DNA from: Bugula neritina
Taxonomy: Eukaryota; Animalia; Bryozoa
Direction: 5' to 3'
DNA: 64,000 nucleotides
NCBI GenBank assembly: GCA_964035545.1
Contig: OZ037766.1
Location: forward strand, 15,738,722-15,802,721
This document shows positions 1-13,515 of this stretch, one piece after another (positions within the stretch are counted from its first letter, which is position 1; each line of letters begins with the position of its first letter). Made by a program: the position numbers and the translations under genes. The notes beneath the pieces are model-generated. The model was not told where the DNA came from. It was given only the letters and a program-made list of their open reading frames with translations, and made no database searches.

Positions 1-2241
1 ATAATAACTTTGACAGATTGCAAGATAATTTGATGAAATTGTCTTCTTGGGAGAGTTGAGTAATGAAGGTGTAAACCACTATTTTGATCTCAAATTGACC
101 CTTCACCTGTCAAGAAATTGCTAACTGTGCACTAACGCTAGGTGGGTTTGAGACTAAGGCTCCAGAGGCCTTGGTTTGAGATGAAATTTAGTGAGTGGAA
201 TATCAATAAAAATATAGCTTGGTGAATTTTTGTCAACTAAGATCAAAGAGATATAAGCCTCAGTATTGGTGCAACTAGACATTGCTAAGCTCTAGAATAA
301 GGTTTTTTCTATTTCTGCCTCATATTTCGACAATTTTGAAAAAATATAAAAGAAAGTACCAAGATTATCCTGTGACCCCTGACTCCATGAGTCTGAGTCA
401 TGATAAAATAAGATAACTGCAATATGCATATATTTAGTACTTACTGACAATAGAGCAGCAGACTAAACACATTCAGATTATTGAATGTAGGTTTATATTA
501 AAAGTTACAGTAACGGAATAACAAATGAGTCCAAAGTACCACCAGTGATTATGTTTCAAGTGATTCAATGGAGTCACAGTGACAAATGCTACAAACCAAA
601 TATTTTCTTGCTAAACAAACCCTTTTCTAATACATTGCAAATGTTGTAACCAAATGGATATTCCCGAAAAGGTGCTATGCTTAAATATAAGTTCTATGTA
701 ATGCATTGCTGTTTGAAAGTCATTATGTTAGAAACAACTTAGATTGTAAACAAGTGATGAGTTATAAATATTTGAACCTGCTAGTTCTAATATTGCAATG
801 ACAGCTTTCTTTAAAATTATTTCACCTCTTTTTTGCTATCTGAAAATTGTATCTGATTATGTAGGGCCTATAATATTTGTAGGAATTAGCAAGCTTTTTC
901 AAAAAGGCATACTGGAGATGTGCACTAATAGACCTGAAAAATTTGTGGATAATTTGAGTTCCTGCATTAAATAGTAAATATAGTACTAGTAAAATTCTAT
1001 TCAGTTGGTAATAATGTTCTATATTTTACCGAATTGCTCAACTTCCCAGTGAATATTTTGATATAATGTAATGGCTACCAACTGGCAATATTATAGGCTA
1101 CTAGTAACTACCTAGCAATCAGTATTGTCAAGAAATCTGCAGCATGTAGAAAATTCACTTGCCAAAAATAAAGCATATATATTCAAAAGGCTTTCTACTG
1201 AAATAACCAGTTGAGTTATAAAATAATATATTATATTAAAATACCCAGAGGTAGACAGTTTCCATGCATAGGAAAGTTTAAATGCTTGGAGGCTTGAAAA
1301 CCAAGTAATATGCATCTGATGCAGATAATAGCTGCTCAATTCCTTAGATCACATGGAAAACATTTCTTAAAACAAATCTAGTTTTACCCACTTGTAATTG
1401 ACCAAACTTCTAAGAGCAACTGAGTGAGTGAGATGCTGGCTTCATTGAGTTTATAGAAGTATGGCAGCACTTGGTAAGCACATCTGATATCCACTACCCG
1501 ACCAGTTGCGTGGGTAAAGTTTCCATGCAATCACTTGGCTGATTTTCACACTTAAAGTAGCATACCTTGAATGCATTAGGACTGAGTTGTATTGCTAGCT
1601 GCTCTCCAAGTTTTCGAGGCCTCATTACATCAGCAGTAGCTACTAGCTTCTCCTTTCTGATAAAAGTTGGGCCAGGAGTATTTTGGAAATTCTTGACTCA
1701 TATTAGATCTCTTTATCTACAAGGTATTTAAGATAAAATATTGGATGCATGTACTAGTAAATATAGATAATGTACATTTAAAGTGGGTGGGAGACAGAGT
1801 TAATATTGACAGCTGCGTTATTTTGAGTATCCTTTTTAGATTTTGCTAATTGAATCGTTTTAATTTTAACCTGCATCATGCTGTCACTTGTGCTGGATGG
1901 CACAGCAAGCAAAAACATTTCGTAATGTCACTGGTGTAGAATAACTGTTTCCTATAAGTCATTGACATTCTTATTCAGTATTGTTGAAAAACAGTAGAAT
2001 TACCGAGCCTGGTTTGCCTCATCCTGCTACCAGATCCTGGTGGCCTTATGAAGAAGGTCTTTACCTTTTACCAGGCACTTCAAAAATAACTAAAATTTTT
2101 CAAGTTATTGTCCAAAAAAAGTTATTGTATGGAAATCTTCATTGAAAATAGTTTAGATGATTCTGTGCAACTGGCTGAGCCATTTACTCAAATAATTCCA
2201 AGTTGTTCACCTTTGTATAAGTCTTCTATATTTTTATGTAG

Positions 2242-5200
2242 GAGCCTGAAGAGCCTCCCAAGCCATCTAGTAACGGCTTCCAGCCTAAAGCTGGAGTCTT
2301 CAAAGCCCATTCTAAACTTGCAGAGCATGGTAAGTTACCATTACATTCTACTGTTGTAGTATGCAAACCAATCCCTGCACTTGAAATATGTGCAGGAATG
2401 TTATTATTGGAATCGAGATGTAATGTTAGTGTATCAAAGTGCATTTTATTTCAATGCTGCCCTGGCTCATGAACATGTTGGGCTCGGAGAATAGTCTAGT
2501 TCTTGGGAGTCATGTACACCCCTTCACTTGAATGCTGCATTAGAAACTCTTGCTAATCCTATGAAGTGTCATACTCAGTATATATAGGTTCCACATCTCA
2601 AAATGTAATAATGGGGGTGTCTTACTGCACATGCTGCATACAAATATTTATCAGGTGCTGACTCTGAAGGTTCTGCTCACACCACTGTCTCAGTCACTGT
2701 TGCTGGATACTCCTTGCTGAAGCCTCAGCCGGAGATTACCAAGTCAGGTAATTACTGTGAGATACTGTACACTGTACACCATAGATCTCACCTCAAACCA
2801 GGCAAATCGATAATAGTAGCTGCACTTACATGTTGCATTGGATTTATTCATGTTTTGGTTTGAGAACTTTCCACAGCAGCAAAAGTCCCACAACTTCCTG
2901 GTAGCCTGATGTTTCATTCGTGATGTCAATGCCAGGCAAGTCTGGGCAGATTTTTAGTGCTAGTTGGCTGTTCAATCAATAGTAATAAACAAGGAACTTC
3001 TTGGCCCGATGATATCCTAATCAATCAAGATTTTATCATCACGTTATGCTTGGCATAATAAATGCACTCAATGATAACAAAATTGATCTCAGGAGTTGTC
3101 TTTTCACATATTTTATATGAAGGGTAAGACTTTGTGATTGATTTAAGGCATTTTGATGCAGGCAAGACGATGAGAAGCTCTATTCTACACATTACTACTT
3201 TCAAAGACTAACCATGTCTATACTAATCTCTATTCATATTTCAATTAGCTGATGTCTCGTTGCCTGGAAAACCTCACAAGCCACCCACCACCTCTGCTAA
3301 GACAGGTTTAGCACCCTGGGTGCCAGTTGGCCCTGCCCACATCTCTCTTCCTGCAACTACCAAAGTAGACTGGGGTCCAGTGGAGTCGGGTGCCCACCCC
3401 CAACTACTGGTATTTTGCCCAGTTCTATTTTTGAGTGTACTACAATTTTGTGACAACTTTTTATGTTGCTTAAAATGTTGAAGTAAATAACTCTATCACT
3501 ACCATAATATTATAAGTTGAAGGCATGTGGTGTATTTTTGTGGCTAATAACAGATAAATTGAATCTCCTTGTTTTTCTCTTGACATGCCATGACTGATCA
3601 TGTGATATTCACAGGTGAAGCATTCAACTGCAGGAGGTTTTACTGGAGGTTTTGGTTCTCCTGCTGACTATTCATACGTGCAAGGTATTTCCTCTTTATC
3701 TATAGTCAATAAAAACCTCTATAACGGTTGTACGTATCATATATGCATGTAGTTAGGATACAACTGTATAATGCAGAGTATAGGAAATGTAGTTGTTGCT
3801 TGCAGTGTTGCTCTATCATTTATGTCTAAGCATTTTTCTTGGTGATTTTTGGAGTATTAGGTTATTATTGTATGAATGTGTGGGAAGTAGTACAAATTAA
3901 CAGTTTTTTTTCTGGCAAATGCATCATGAACATTTGCTTGATTAAAAAAAGATTTGAAAGCATTTTACACTCAAATGCCAAAACAAAAAAATGTAAACCC
4001 AACTCTATCTAAGCAAAAACTGTATTTTTTATTATCCTAGATTTTTGAGGTCCTTTATTTTTGTTATAAGCATCTTTTAATTTTATTAATGAGTATGCAA
4101 TATGCAATTTAATTTGATTTGAACCTTTCTCAAATGGTGTTGAGTGATTAGTGATACTGCATCACACTTATTTCACCCTGTTGTACATTACGTTGGCAGT
4201 TTTCTCGAACTGTCGACTACTACTTGAGTAAAACTATAAAAAGGATGTTTTGAAAACCGTAGTATGACAGTTCAAGGTTGTTAAAGTTTAAATCTGTGCA
4301 ACTATGTTGACTGATAGTAAAATAACTGAACCTAGTAAAATTGAATTAAAGTATGCTTGTGCCTTGTTGTCAAAATATGAGTTGGCAGTACTCCTTAGTG
4401 ATGGTACCTACATTTCTGCTGATTGCTGATATGTTTATGGATGACTGTATGAAATTTAAAAAAACACTTTGAGTTCTGTTTTATGTTAGTTTTGCTTTTC
4501 AGACTACATGGAACATATTATTTCAGCTCATAATGCTCTATAGACTAGCTCACATTAAACTGGCATATATTAGACTAGCACATATTAGACTAGCACATTA
4601 AACTGGCATATATTTAGTATAAGGAATTCTATATGGGTTGACGTGTTCGCAGGAGCTGGAGGTAAGAAGATCACTGGAAAAGCAGAAGTAGGTTTTGTTA
4701 GCAGTAAGCAGAAGGCTTACCTGAGCAAAGTGAGGGCCACCACGGCTAACATACCTGTGGAAGGTGGCACACATACTGGCCTTGTAACCTCACTTTCACA
4801 GCCAGGTAAAGGGTCCACTGTTCACCTCTCTTCATTAGCACAAGCTTTTTATATACTGTACTCGACTAGAGCTTGTATAATTAAGTTCATCATAAATGCA
4901 ACTTGGTGGTTTCTTTCTAATATTTAGTTTATTCTTTTACACAGTTTTAAGCACAGATATGGTTCACCAGATTGTTGAATAAGAGCCCCAATGACAATGC
5001 GGAAATAATAAAGTTAAAAATTTTCTTTCAAATGGCTCTTCCATATTTTAGGTTATTTCAGTTTAATCAATATATTGAAATGTTTTCTAGATGTTTCTAG
5101 GGAGCAAATAGCAGCTGGCTCTGTAGCAGATGTTACTAAGGTAAGTTATGGGCAATGAAGTCACTAGTGCACCATGTGGAGTTACACTGCATGTATTGGT

Positions 5201-8200
5201 AGCATGTTATGTCATACCACCACACATCCAAATCCTAGGCACCTTGCTTGCAGAGCTTGCAGAGCTTTTATCCATATTCTGGTTTTCTTCACTTTGCCAG
5301 GGAGGTTAATATTAATATATACAAAGAATAAAGTTGTTATTCAATTCATATATATGTGATGATATTTCCTCAGATAAATTATCACATAAATATAATTGAT
5401 AGTTAAACTTAATTACTCTTGTCAGGCCATACCAGCACTGTGATTGATGGTGTGACTGAAATAAGTTTACTACTATCTCTCAGCTCTCCACTGTTCCACC
5501 TGGTGTCATGCATCTGTCACATCTCAGATCATGTCAACAAGCACTTAACATATTTATTTTTAGTTCTTCCAAACGGAGAATGCTTGCATAAATAATAACA
5601 GTGAATAATGTGCACTAGATGCCTGCCTTTGTGAGAAAATAATATTACTATTATGTGTTGACTTACTAACTAATTAATACTGCAATGATATTGCACAGTT
5701 GGGATTCTCAGTAAACTGGCAATCTGCCAGATATGTAATATTTTATTTTATTCAGTAGTATGCAGGTGTACAGAGTTACCTATTACTGAGTCATTCTATC
5801 ATATAATTAGTAAATTCCCAGAAGCATAGCATTGGTCAAGTTTTGTAGCTAGGTTCTGCAATAGATTTTCATTTTCAGTGTAGATCATGATTATTTGTAG
5901 CCTCCGTTGTCCATATCTAATCTGTTAGCTAATACTCTCATTTTTGGCACTACTAATAATCATGTTATGTCCACCTTTGAATTTTGCAGGTACTGACCAG
6001 GTCAAGTCAAGGAGATTCGCCACAAGCCCCTCCCCCCTCTGATGTCACAACTGACCTACTTAGCCCTACAGGAAAGGTGGGTGCTGACTATTCTTCATCC
6101 AGACTTGCTCTCACCAGCAGCTTTGCTCTATTTTCTGTATGAACTACTGCAGCTTAAGTCTGAAGTTTGAAACTATGACATAATATCTTCCAACATGGAA
6201 TTAAACTTGTACAGTTGGTGTTATCTTTGCGAAATATAGCATTTGCACTATATAACTATTCTATAGTCAATTTAATGGCATCACATTCTGCTGTGAGAAT
6301 AATTCTACTGGGATGATGACATGAGACAGGACAGAATAGGCAGCAAATGAAACTGAATTCGCTTCATGTACAACTTTTTAAGAATTTAAATTAATTTGTA
6401 TACCCATACTATGTAGGCTTGTGAGTTAAGGCGCAAGCAGCAGCAATGTACTTCGTACTTTTTTATTTGCGGGCTTCACCAGTACTTTGAAATGTCAAAA
6501 CTATTTTTAGATTCCCTTAGTAATGTTTACTCATTATCAACTGTATTTAAAGTAGTTTATCTTGATGATTCATGTGATAGGCATTCAATTGTTATCGCTT
6601 AGATATGCTAGGTTCTAGAAAACTGCCCTCTGTTTAACCTTAGTTGTTTGCATAGAGCTTTAGATTAATTGCACCATCTATTCTTAACTAGTTTTCACAA
6701 TATTGCCATGGGGCAATTAGCTACTTGCTTCAGTTCTACATTTGCAATTTATCCAACAACACTGGCGTTTGGCCAAGCAGAAATAGTCCAAGACATAATT
6801 ACAAGCATTATGAAGGAAAATTTCCAAAATACTATGCGTGGTTATTGTCTACCCTTTCACTCTTTAAACCTATAGAAAAAATTATTTTAGTTTTGTCTTC
6901 AAAAATTCAAACTTAACTTGTATGGGTGTCCTCTTTTAGAAAGTGTGATGTGATTGAAACTATGTTAATTCAATTTTTCAGTCCACATGCCAGGTGGTAA
7001 ATTAACTAACGGAAAATTTATATTTTACCCTGAAGGGAAGTCATGTATGCAGCCCCATTCGCTAAGAGTTGTGATTTCATGCTAAGGCCATAGGCAAATG
7101 ATGGGAATATTTACCAGCTTTTCAATCGGACTGCAGCCACTCATCTTCTGTTTAAACATTTTTCTGTGATTTTATTCTTTGATCTCACTTTTTGTTATAT
7201 TTATATCACTGAACATCATACATTCACTAGTCAGGTTGGTAAGCAGCATGTATTGTATAGTATCTTTAATTCAACATATTTAACTAAGGGGCTTCTACTA
7301 TTTTATCTCTGGTTGATAAGGAACATCACAATTTTAGAAAGAGAAGAAAATTCCGCCTCCTTTTGCTCTTCCAACACACATCACTGAGGAGAAGGCTAGC
7401 GTTTCACCTCAGAGCACACAGAGCCCACTGCGCAGTGGATCATTTTTCAAGAAAAACTTTGACTCTGAGCGAGACAAGTAAGCAGTCTTGTAAAAGCATG
7501 CAAAATTCGTTTGGACTTTTTTTGGGGTGATAACTTCCATGTAATAAAACTTGAAATCTAGATATGTATGTTTTAAAGACTGTAAAAAGTTTTTGCACAT
7601 TTCAAATGACTTTCAAAAAGCCTCGTAAAATTAAGTGCTTTTATGTTACGCTTTACTGGTATGAATAGATTAAGTATTGTGTATGTGAAGAACTATACAT
7701 TTATGATGAGTAGGTAAGAGTTAACCTCTCTAAACAGTTGGGGGCATAAGGTAGGTGTAGTGAGTTTGCTTGTGTTTCAAAATGAGCTTGGATCTACACA
7801 ACATCCACTTGGGCAATGGTGAATAGTAATGCACTAATAATATCAACAAGGGTAAACTGTGGTTTTAGTAGAAGTTATTCTCTCTTGTTGTGCTCAGGAT
7901 GAGGGGTGATAACTTCTAAATGTATCTATATTTATTATCATAGAGTTATCTTTCCTTTCAACAAGCATTTGGTCTAAAATAAAATTGAATTTGGCCAAAG
8001 TTCTTGTAGGCTGAGGGCATCTTGATTTTTCAATTTTTAATTTTTTCAGAATAGATATTTAATATTTTACTACATTTGTAATAGGTTGCAGTGATATGTA
8101 TGTTCAGTGTTGATTTAATTTACGTGCATACATTTAAGATAATGATCATAATGCTTTCAAACAAATCATAAAAAGTGTATAATTTTATTTGAACTTTTAT

Positions 8201-11200
8201 TAGCAGGTAATTGTACTCTGACTGAGATCCAGAGTGTGTATTTTAGTATGAAAAATAAATTATCAAAGTGATTCTAGTACAGGCCTAGCTTACATACATA
8301 CCAATTAATGATTGCAACCGACATTTTCACCAAAATAAAAGTGGTTATGCTGTCTATTTCTACTAGTAAGCAAGGGACAAAACCAATGCCATCAATCAAA
8401 TCATCTTCATTAATACTCAATTGGTCTTTAATTCTCAATAAAATATTAAGTTAGAAAAGTTATTGCATTGCCAAGGGACATTCTCGAAGCAATGCAAGGA
8501 GCTCAGGCTAGCTAGCACTCTTTAGGTTGAGTGCTAAGGCTTCTTTTTTGCCTTTTTTTCTTCTTAAATTTATACAAAAAGGTGCTTTCTGTAACATGCA
8601 GTATTAATTCACTTCAAACTGTAAACTATCACTATGCTTTCCATATTTAGTATAAGGTCATATCTGGTTAAAATACTACAGACTAGGCAAGACAAAGATT
8701 CTCGTATAAAGCAAACTAAACAATATTCGGAAAAATAACTCCATGTTTCTTATAAACCTACATTGAGTAGATAAAAACCCAAGCAAGTTTATAGTCAAAA
8801 ACCCCTGATGAAGGGGTTTTTGTTAAATCGGGCTAAGGACTTATTCAGATGGGGCACAGGAGCAATTATAACTGGATGCTCTTCCTAGCATCACCAATGG
8901 CCTCTGTCGGGTTTGAACCCATCACTTAGTGTTTACTGGCAAACTCTCTAACCTACATTGAGTAGATGTTAAAATAAAACTAGTAAATTAGCTTATTGAA
9001 ATCAGCAATTTAAAATTAAAAAATGATTTATTGTAGGGTGTTTTGTCTGTTGCTAGAGTACCCTTAGTTGTTTGCTGTTGGCAGGGTGCTGGAAGATGTA
9101 GGTTTTGAGGCTAAGTTTGACCAGCTGCCAGAGTTTGACCCTAGTAAGGACAACAGAACACCAATACCGCAGAGTCCCAGAGGGTTGATAGCATCCATCA
9201 GGAAAAAGAAGATGGAGTTTGTGGACAGCCCAGCCGGGACCCCACTCCGAGTTTCTGGTGGTTCAAGGTAGGAGCATATTTCTAGAAAAGTCACAAATTC
9301 ATAGCTGGTTGCCTTCAAGGCACTTGGTAAAAGTTTTATTTATGTGAATTTTTGGATTGCAAGTCACAAAGTTCATTAATACAGCTCAGCTGGTGCACTT
9401 TTGTATTTCATTATAACACCATTAACTTTGAAGCCATGTCTATAGAAGAGCATGTTACTTCTTAATTCTCATTATACGAATGGACTAAAAAAATATTAAT
9501 TAATATTTCTCTGTTATATTAACTTCTAAGTTAGCTAACTCCTTGTATTATAATGTAGCAGTTAGAATGTTTATTATTACATTATGTAATTGGAAACATT
9601 GTTCTACCAGGAAAGTTTTTCAACTCAAATCTTTGAACCAAAAAACTGACAATTTTTTTAATCTGTGTTTTATTAAATGGCAACTGGTCCTTTTTATGCA
9701 ACATTTCTGGGACACTGTGTTTGACAAAATATGCAACTTAATTGAAATCTGCTCAAACCCATCTTCTGCACTTCCTTAACGTCTGTCTTTTGTTTCAAAC
9801 AGCGCTGCCACTCCTTCTTCTGCTGCTACTCCAGGAGCTCCTAGAAAGTTCTTTGGTCAGGACTTCAGCTTAGACAATCTCTCTGACTCATCCATTACGT
9901 CCAATCCTCACCAATACAGATGTGAGTATGCTATTAACACACTATATTATGTGTAGTTACACAGTATACTAGATACTAACAGTAGGGGTAATGGGGGGGG
10001 GGGGGCACAACGAGCCGAATTTTGCATTTTTTGCTCTCATTCGTCTGTTTTTCAAGTTACTAGTTCAATAATCTCTAGTCTTAATGCTGCATCTGTTGTC
10101 TATTACAGGTATCAGTTTGTTGTTTCTATTTCTCTCACAACTTTCAGAATAATGAAATTTTCATGCTGAAAAAATCGGCCCATTGTGCCCCGGTACCAGG
10201 GTACAATGGGCCACTGGGTGGGACACAACAAATATATTGAAACTTTGCAGATTTTGTTGCATCTGATCTTTATTTATTCAATATTACAAACAAATAAAAA
10301 TATTCTTTCAGATCTAAAGCAAAATTTATGTTTTAGCTGTACAGTTTGTGCCACCACTGATAGCAGAGGAAGGCAAAATCAAACGCACATCACTCGGTTC
10401 TACGGTGCCATTATCATTACTGTTTAGAAATGAAAATGTTTTTTTATTTTCACTTCAGGGGAAATTTTATCAGAAAAAATCTTTAGTAACATGTACTACA
10501 AAATTCCGAGTGGACTTTTTTCTATGAACTGTAGCTAAGGTGCATGGCTTTGGTTTGTGGCTGGGGTACGGAAGGAAGAGGGAGGGGGGAGCAAATGAGC
10601 AAATTACATTTTATTTTAGTGAAATACATGTATATTTCCTCAATGATATAATATATAGTGAATATCAGGAATCTACTAGTAGCAATAGCAGAGTGTTTTG
10701 TATTATGTATAAAATAGCAAAGCTTTAACCTCACCAGATGTATATATTAGGGGAGCTTCACCTTGTAGTTTTGTAGTCTTACCATGATGTCTTTGATATT
10801 TTACAAAACGGTTAAAAATGGCTATATCTATAGATTTTAGCAACATTTCAACCAACTTTTTGGGCAAACAAACTAACAACAGTGATCAGGGTGCAATAAT
10901 CAGATGGCCCATTGTACCCCGGTCAGCGTGGCCCATTGTGCCCCGTGTGGCCAATTTGAAAATAAATGTGCCTCAAGGAAAATTTATTTTAAAGTTTGCT
11001 GTTATACTAGTTAAGCAATGTAGAGACAAGCAATGGCAACAATATCAGTAAAATCTAGGCTTGTTGCCTTTGAGTGTAAAAAGTTATGAAGCTTTTAGAC
11101 ATCTTAAAAAAATTGCAAAACGTAGGTAAAAACAGTTTTTTATCGCCTTTTCAACACGTATGTTCCGCAAGTGATGAAACTACAAAGACTGAATAATTAT

Positions 11201-13515
11201 GTCAATACCTTTTTATGAAAAAAATCACAGCTCCAAGTCAATAAGTTCTCTCACAATTTGGCCTGCTTTTTGCATCCCCATTACCGTTGTGCCCAGTTAC
11301 CCCTATTGCATTGTTTTATTATATTCATGGTTATACAACTTATACACAAGTTCAATTTTACTGGTAGCAGCTAATAGCTGAAATTTAAATAAAATTTGTG
11401 TTTGTAAAACAGCAGATAAATATTACTAGTTTTATTATGACTTTCCGATATATTGCATTGTTTCTATATGCTAAAATTTGTTTTTTGTTACATTTATTGT
11501 AAAACAGCATTCATATAAACTTTACTTAGCACTTATTCCGTCGCAGCATTGTAAGCTGATATTTTGTATGCTGTGAGATTCGCTATCTGATGAATGTTTG
11601 CATAATATGGATGACAAGAAAGACAAAAACATGTAGGATTCATAGGCTATAGGTCAGCTGCTTAAGTACATTTCACAATTTGTGTCGTTACAATTTGTCA
11701 TAACAGCCCGGGATATATTTGAGGCCATTGAAAGGCTTGTTGTGTCAGTTAGGCTGATGGGCTTTTTTCCATTTTTTAACAACTCATTTCAACATGCGTA
11801 TTACCTTTTTCTCAATGTGTTAACAAATTTGTGATTGCTACAGAATATTTCAATGAATTGGTGCACTGCAAATTCCACAAAAACATACTTTTTATAAAGA
11901 TAAATCAGGAAATCACGTTCAATGGTCCTAACTAGTATGCAATATTCTAAAAGATGCAAATGCCCGTAAACTGGCTGCCCATCTTATCAATATGTGTGAC
12001 TTCAATGCTAAATTGCCAAAACAAGTTTTATTATAAGTAGCATGGTGTAAGCTATATATGTGAACACTATATATGTGAATACTCATTAGCATAGGATGGC
12101 TAGTCCAGTGTTAGCATTTACATCCATTATTTTTAGTCTATCAGACCTTTTGGCTGATTAAACAAATTTGCTAGCAAAGGGGCCATTTCTGTAGACCTTT
12201 ATTCTTCCTGTTTACTATTATTAGATTCAGATTTGCTGAGCTCTGGTTGTTGCACACCTATCATATCAATTAAGCATATAGTGGCTTGCTGCAGCTCAAC
12301 TAGATCATGCAAAGACCAGGGCGTTGCTGGCAACCTTAATAAAATTATCTAATTCTAACCCAAAACTAATTAGTTGTTATTATGTAGTTATTTCTTTATT
12401 CTATTCATTACATCCAATTATTCAATCTTTCATTATTGAAGACAGTTGAGTGGGTTATTGTGTGCATAGAGAGTATAGAGGTTTTTGCACCCAGCGGCAG
12501 TCCTATATTAGCTCCTATCTGCTGCAAGCCTAGCATCTTCACATACATCTCACATGCCCAATCTGGAAATACTACCAAATGGAATTCTTGTGATGGTTTT
12601 GCAAATGATATGCAGCTTTTCTATTGTTTTAGATTGTAGTGTAGAGTAGACTAAATGGCCTGTATTCACCTTTAATTCTCCAACATCACATAGTACATAG
12701 TTTTACACTTTTTGATATGGCCTTGAGCCATACAATCAGGCAAAGACTATCCACCACCACAAATCGGTTTATGTTGTAAATTATTATTCATACGTTTCAC
12801 TTTGGGTATATCATCCATTGTCTGCAAGCAACTGCATGAGAAAGTTGTCAGTTCAAACCAGTTTCCCAAATAACTTAGTGATGCCCGTAAAATAGTGTTA
12901 TGTTCTAGAACTGAAATTCTAAAATCAAAATTTTGCACCTTCAAGAATTTTTTGTTATTTACTGTTGGATTTTACAATTGCAGTGACCTTGTCGGGAGAG
13001 TTATCATCAGATGGGGTGGCATGTGATTCTCCCCGTACTCCCAGAACCCCTGGATCACCAGGTAGTTGCTCATCTCTACGTCGTATCCTAGATCAGCGAA
13101 GAAATTTGGTGCTACAATTATTTGAAGAATATGGCAGCTTCTTTCCATCCAGTAAGTTGTGTTCACCATACTTTACCTGGATATGTGGTTATTGACTGCC
13201 ACCAATATAATTTTAAAATCATTTGTTATATTTTGTAGATGATTACTTGGTCAAATAGTGTTAAATTATGCTTCTATTTTCACTCCTGAATATCTTAGAC
13301 CTTAACCATAGTGAAAGAATTGTCCATTCTTAACATAGCATGACACCTCTGTATTATATATTACAGGTGAAGCTACACAAGCATTCTACGACAAATACGT
13401 TGATATATTTCCTACTAAAAGTTGTTTACAACTGAAGATACGAGAGATGAGACAGAAGCTGCGGGCTGCTCCACCTCCTTCTAGTGAATTTACTTCTTCT
13501 GAACGTCCTCGGTGA
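2242..13515 (+). CDS. cic: Capicua transcriptional repressor, 3' part (HMG box not seen, presumably upstream of the window). Exons: 2242-2329, 2655-2747, 3249-3409, 3615-3684, 4653-4805, 5091-5140, 5990-6076, 7338-7477, 9085-9267, 9803-9921, 12984-13151, 13367-13515
   Basis: All junctions are GT-AG and phase-compatible. The spliced product has Cic hallmarks: [41 protein letters not shown]...[22 protein letters not shown], and the C1 domain [59 protein letters not shown]. Stop TGA at 13513-13515. Confidence 0.95.
4541..4615. repeat. Short imperfect tandem duplication in a cic intron
   Basis: TAGACTAGC occurs three times and CACATTAAACTGGCATATATT occurs twice. Confidence 0.7.
8773..8949 (-). 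mobile_element. tRNA-derived SINE with Meta-like core, copy 1 (slightly 5'-truncated), in a cic intron
   Basis: Homologous to 38841-39046 and 53301-53496. The minus strand has B-box GGGTTCAAACCC followed by TTGGTGATGCTAGGAAGAGCATCCAGTTATAATTGCTCC. It is flanked by an 18-bp direct repeat AACCTACATTGAGTAGAT (8755-8772 and 8950-8967). Confidence 0.8.
9983..11305 (+). mobile_element. Non-autonomous TIR DNA transposon (~1.3 kb, TA-flanked, Tc1/mariner/pogo-type), copy 1, in a cic intron
   Basis: Termini are TAGGGGTAAT-G13-CACAACG and CGTTGTGCCCAGTTACCCCTA. A closely similar inverted copy lies at 48047-49336. No transposase ORF. Confidence 0.9.

Noticed and set aside
1995-2056. Possible additional upstream cic exon
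   Set aside because: Weak donor (GTCTTT) and no recognisable Cic motif, so it was left out of the model.
10185-11381. ORFs of 60-80 aa duplicated at 48583-49129
   Set aside because: They lie inside the non-autonomous TIR element, have no transposase motifs, and frames are not fully preserved between copies.
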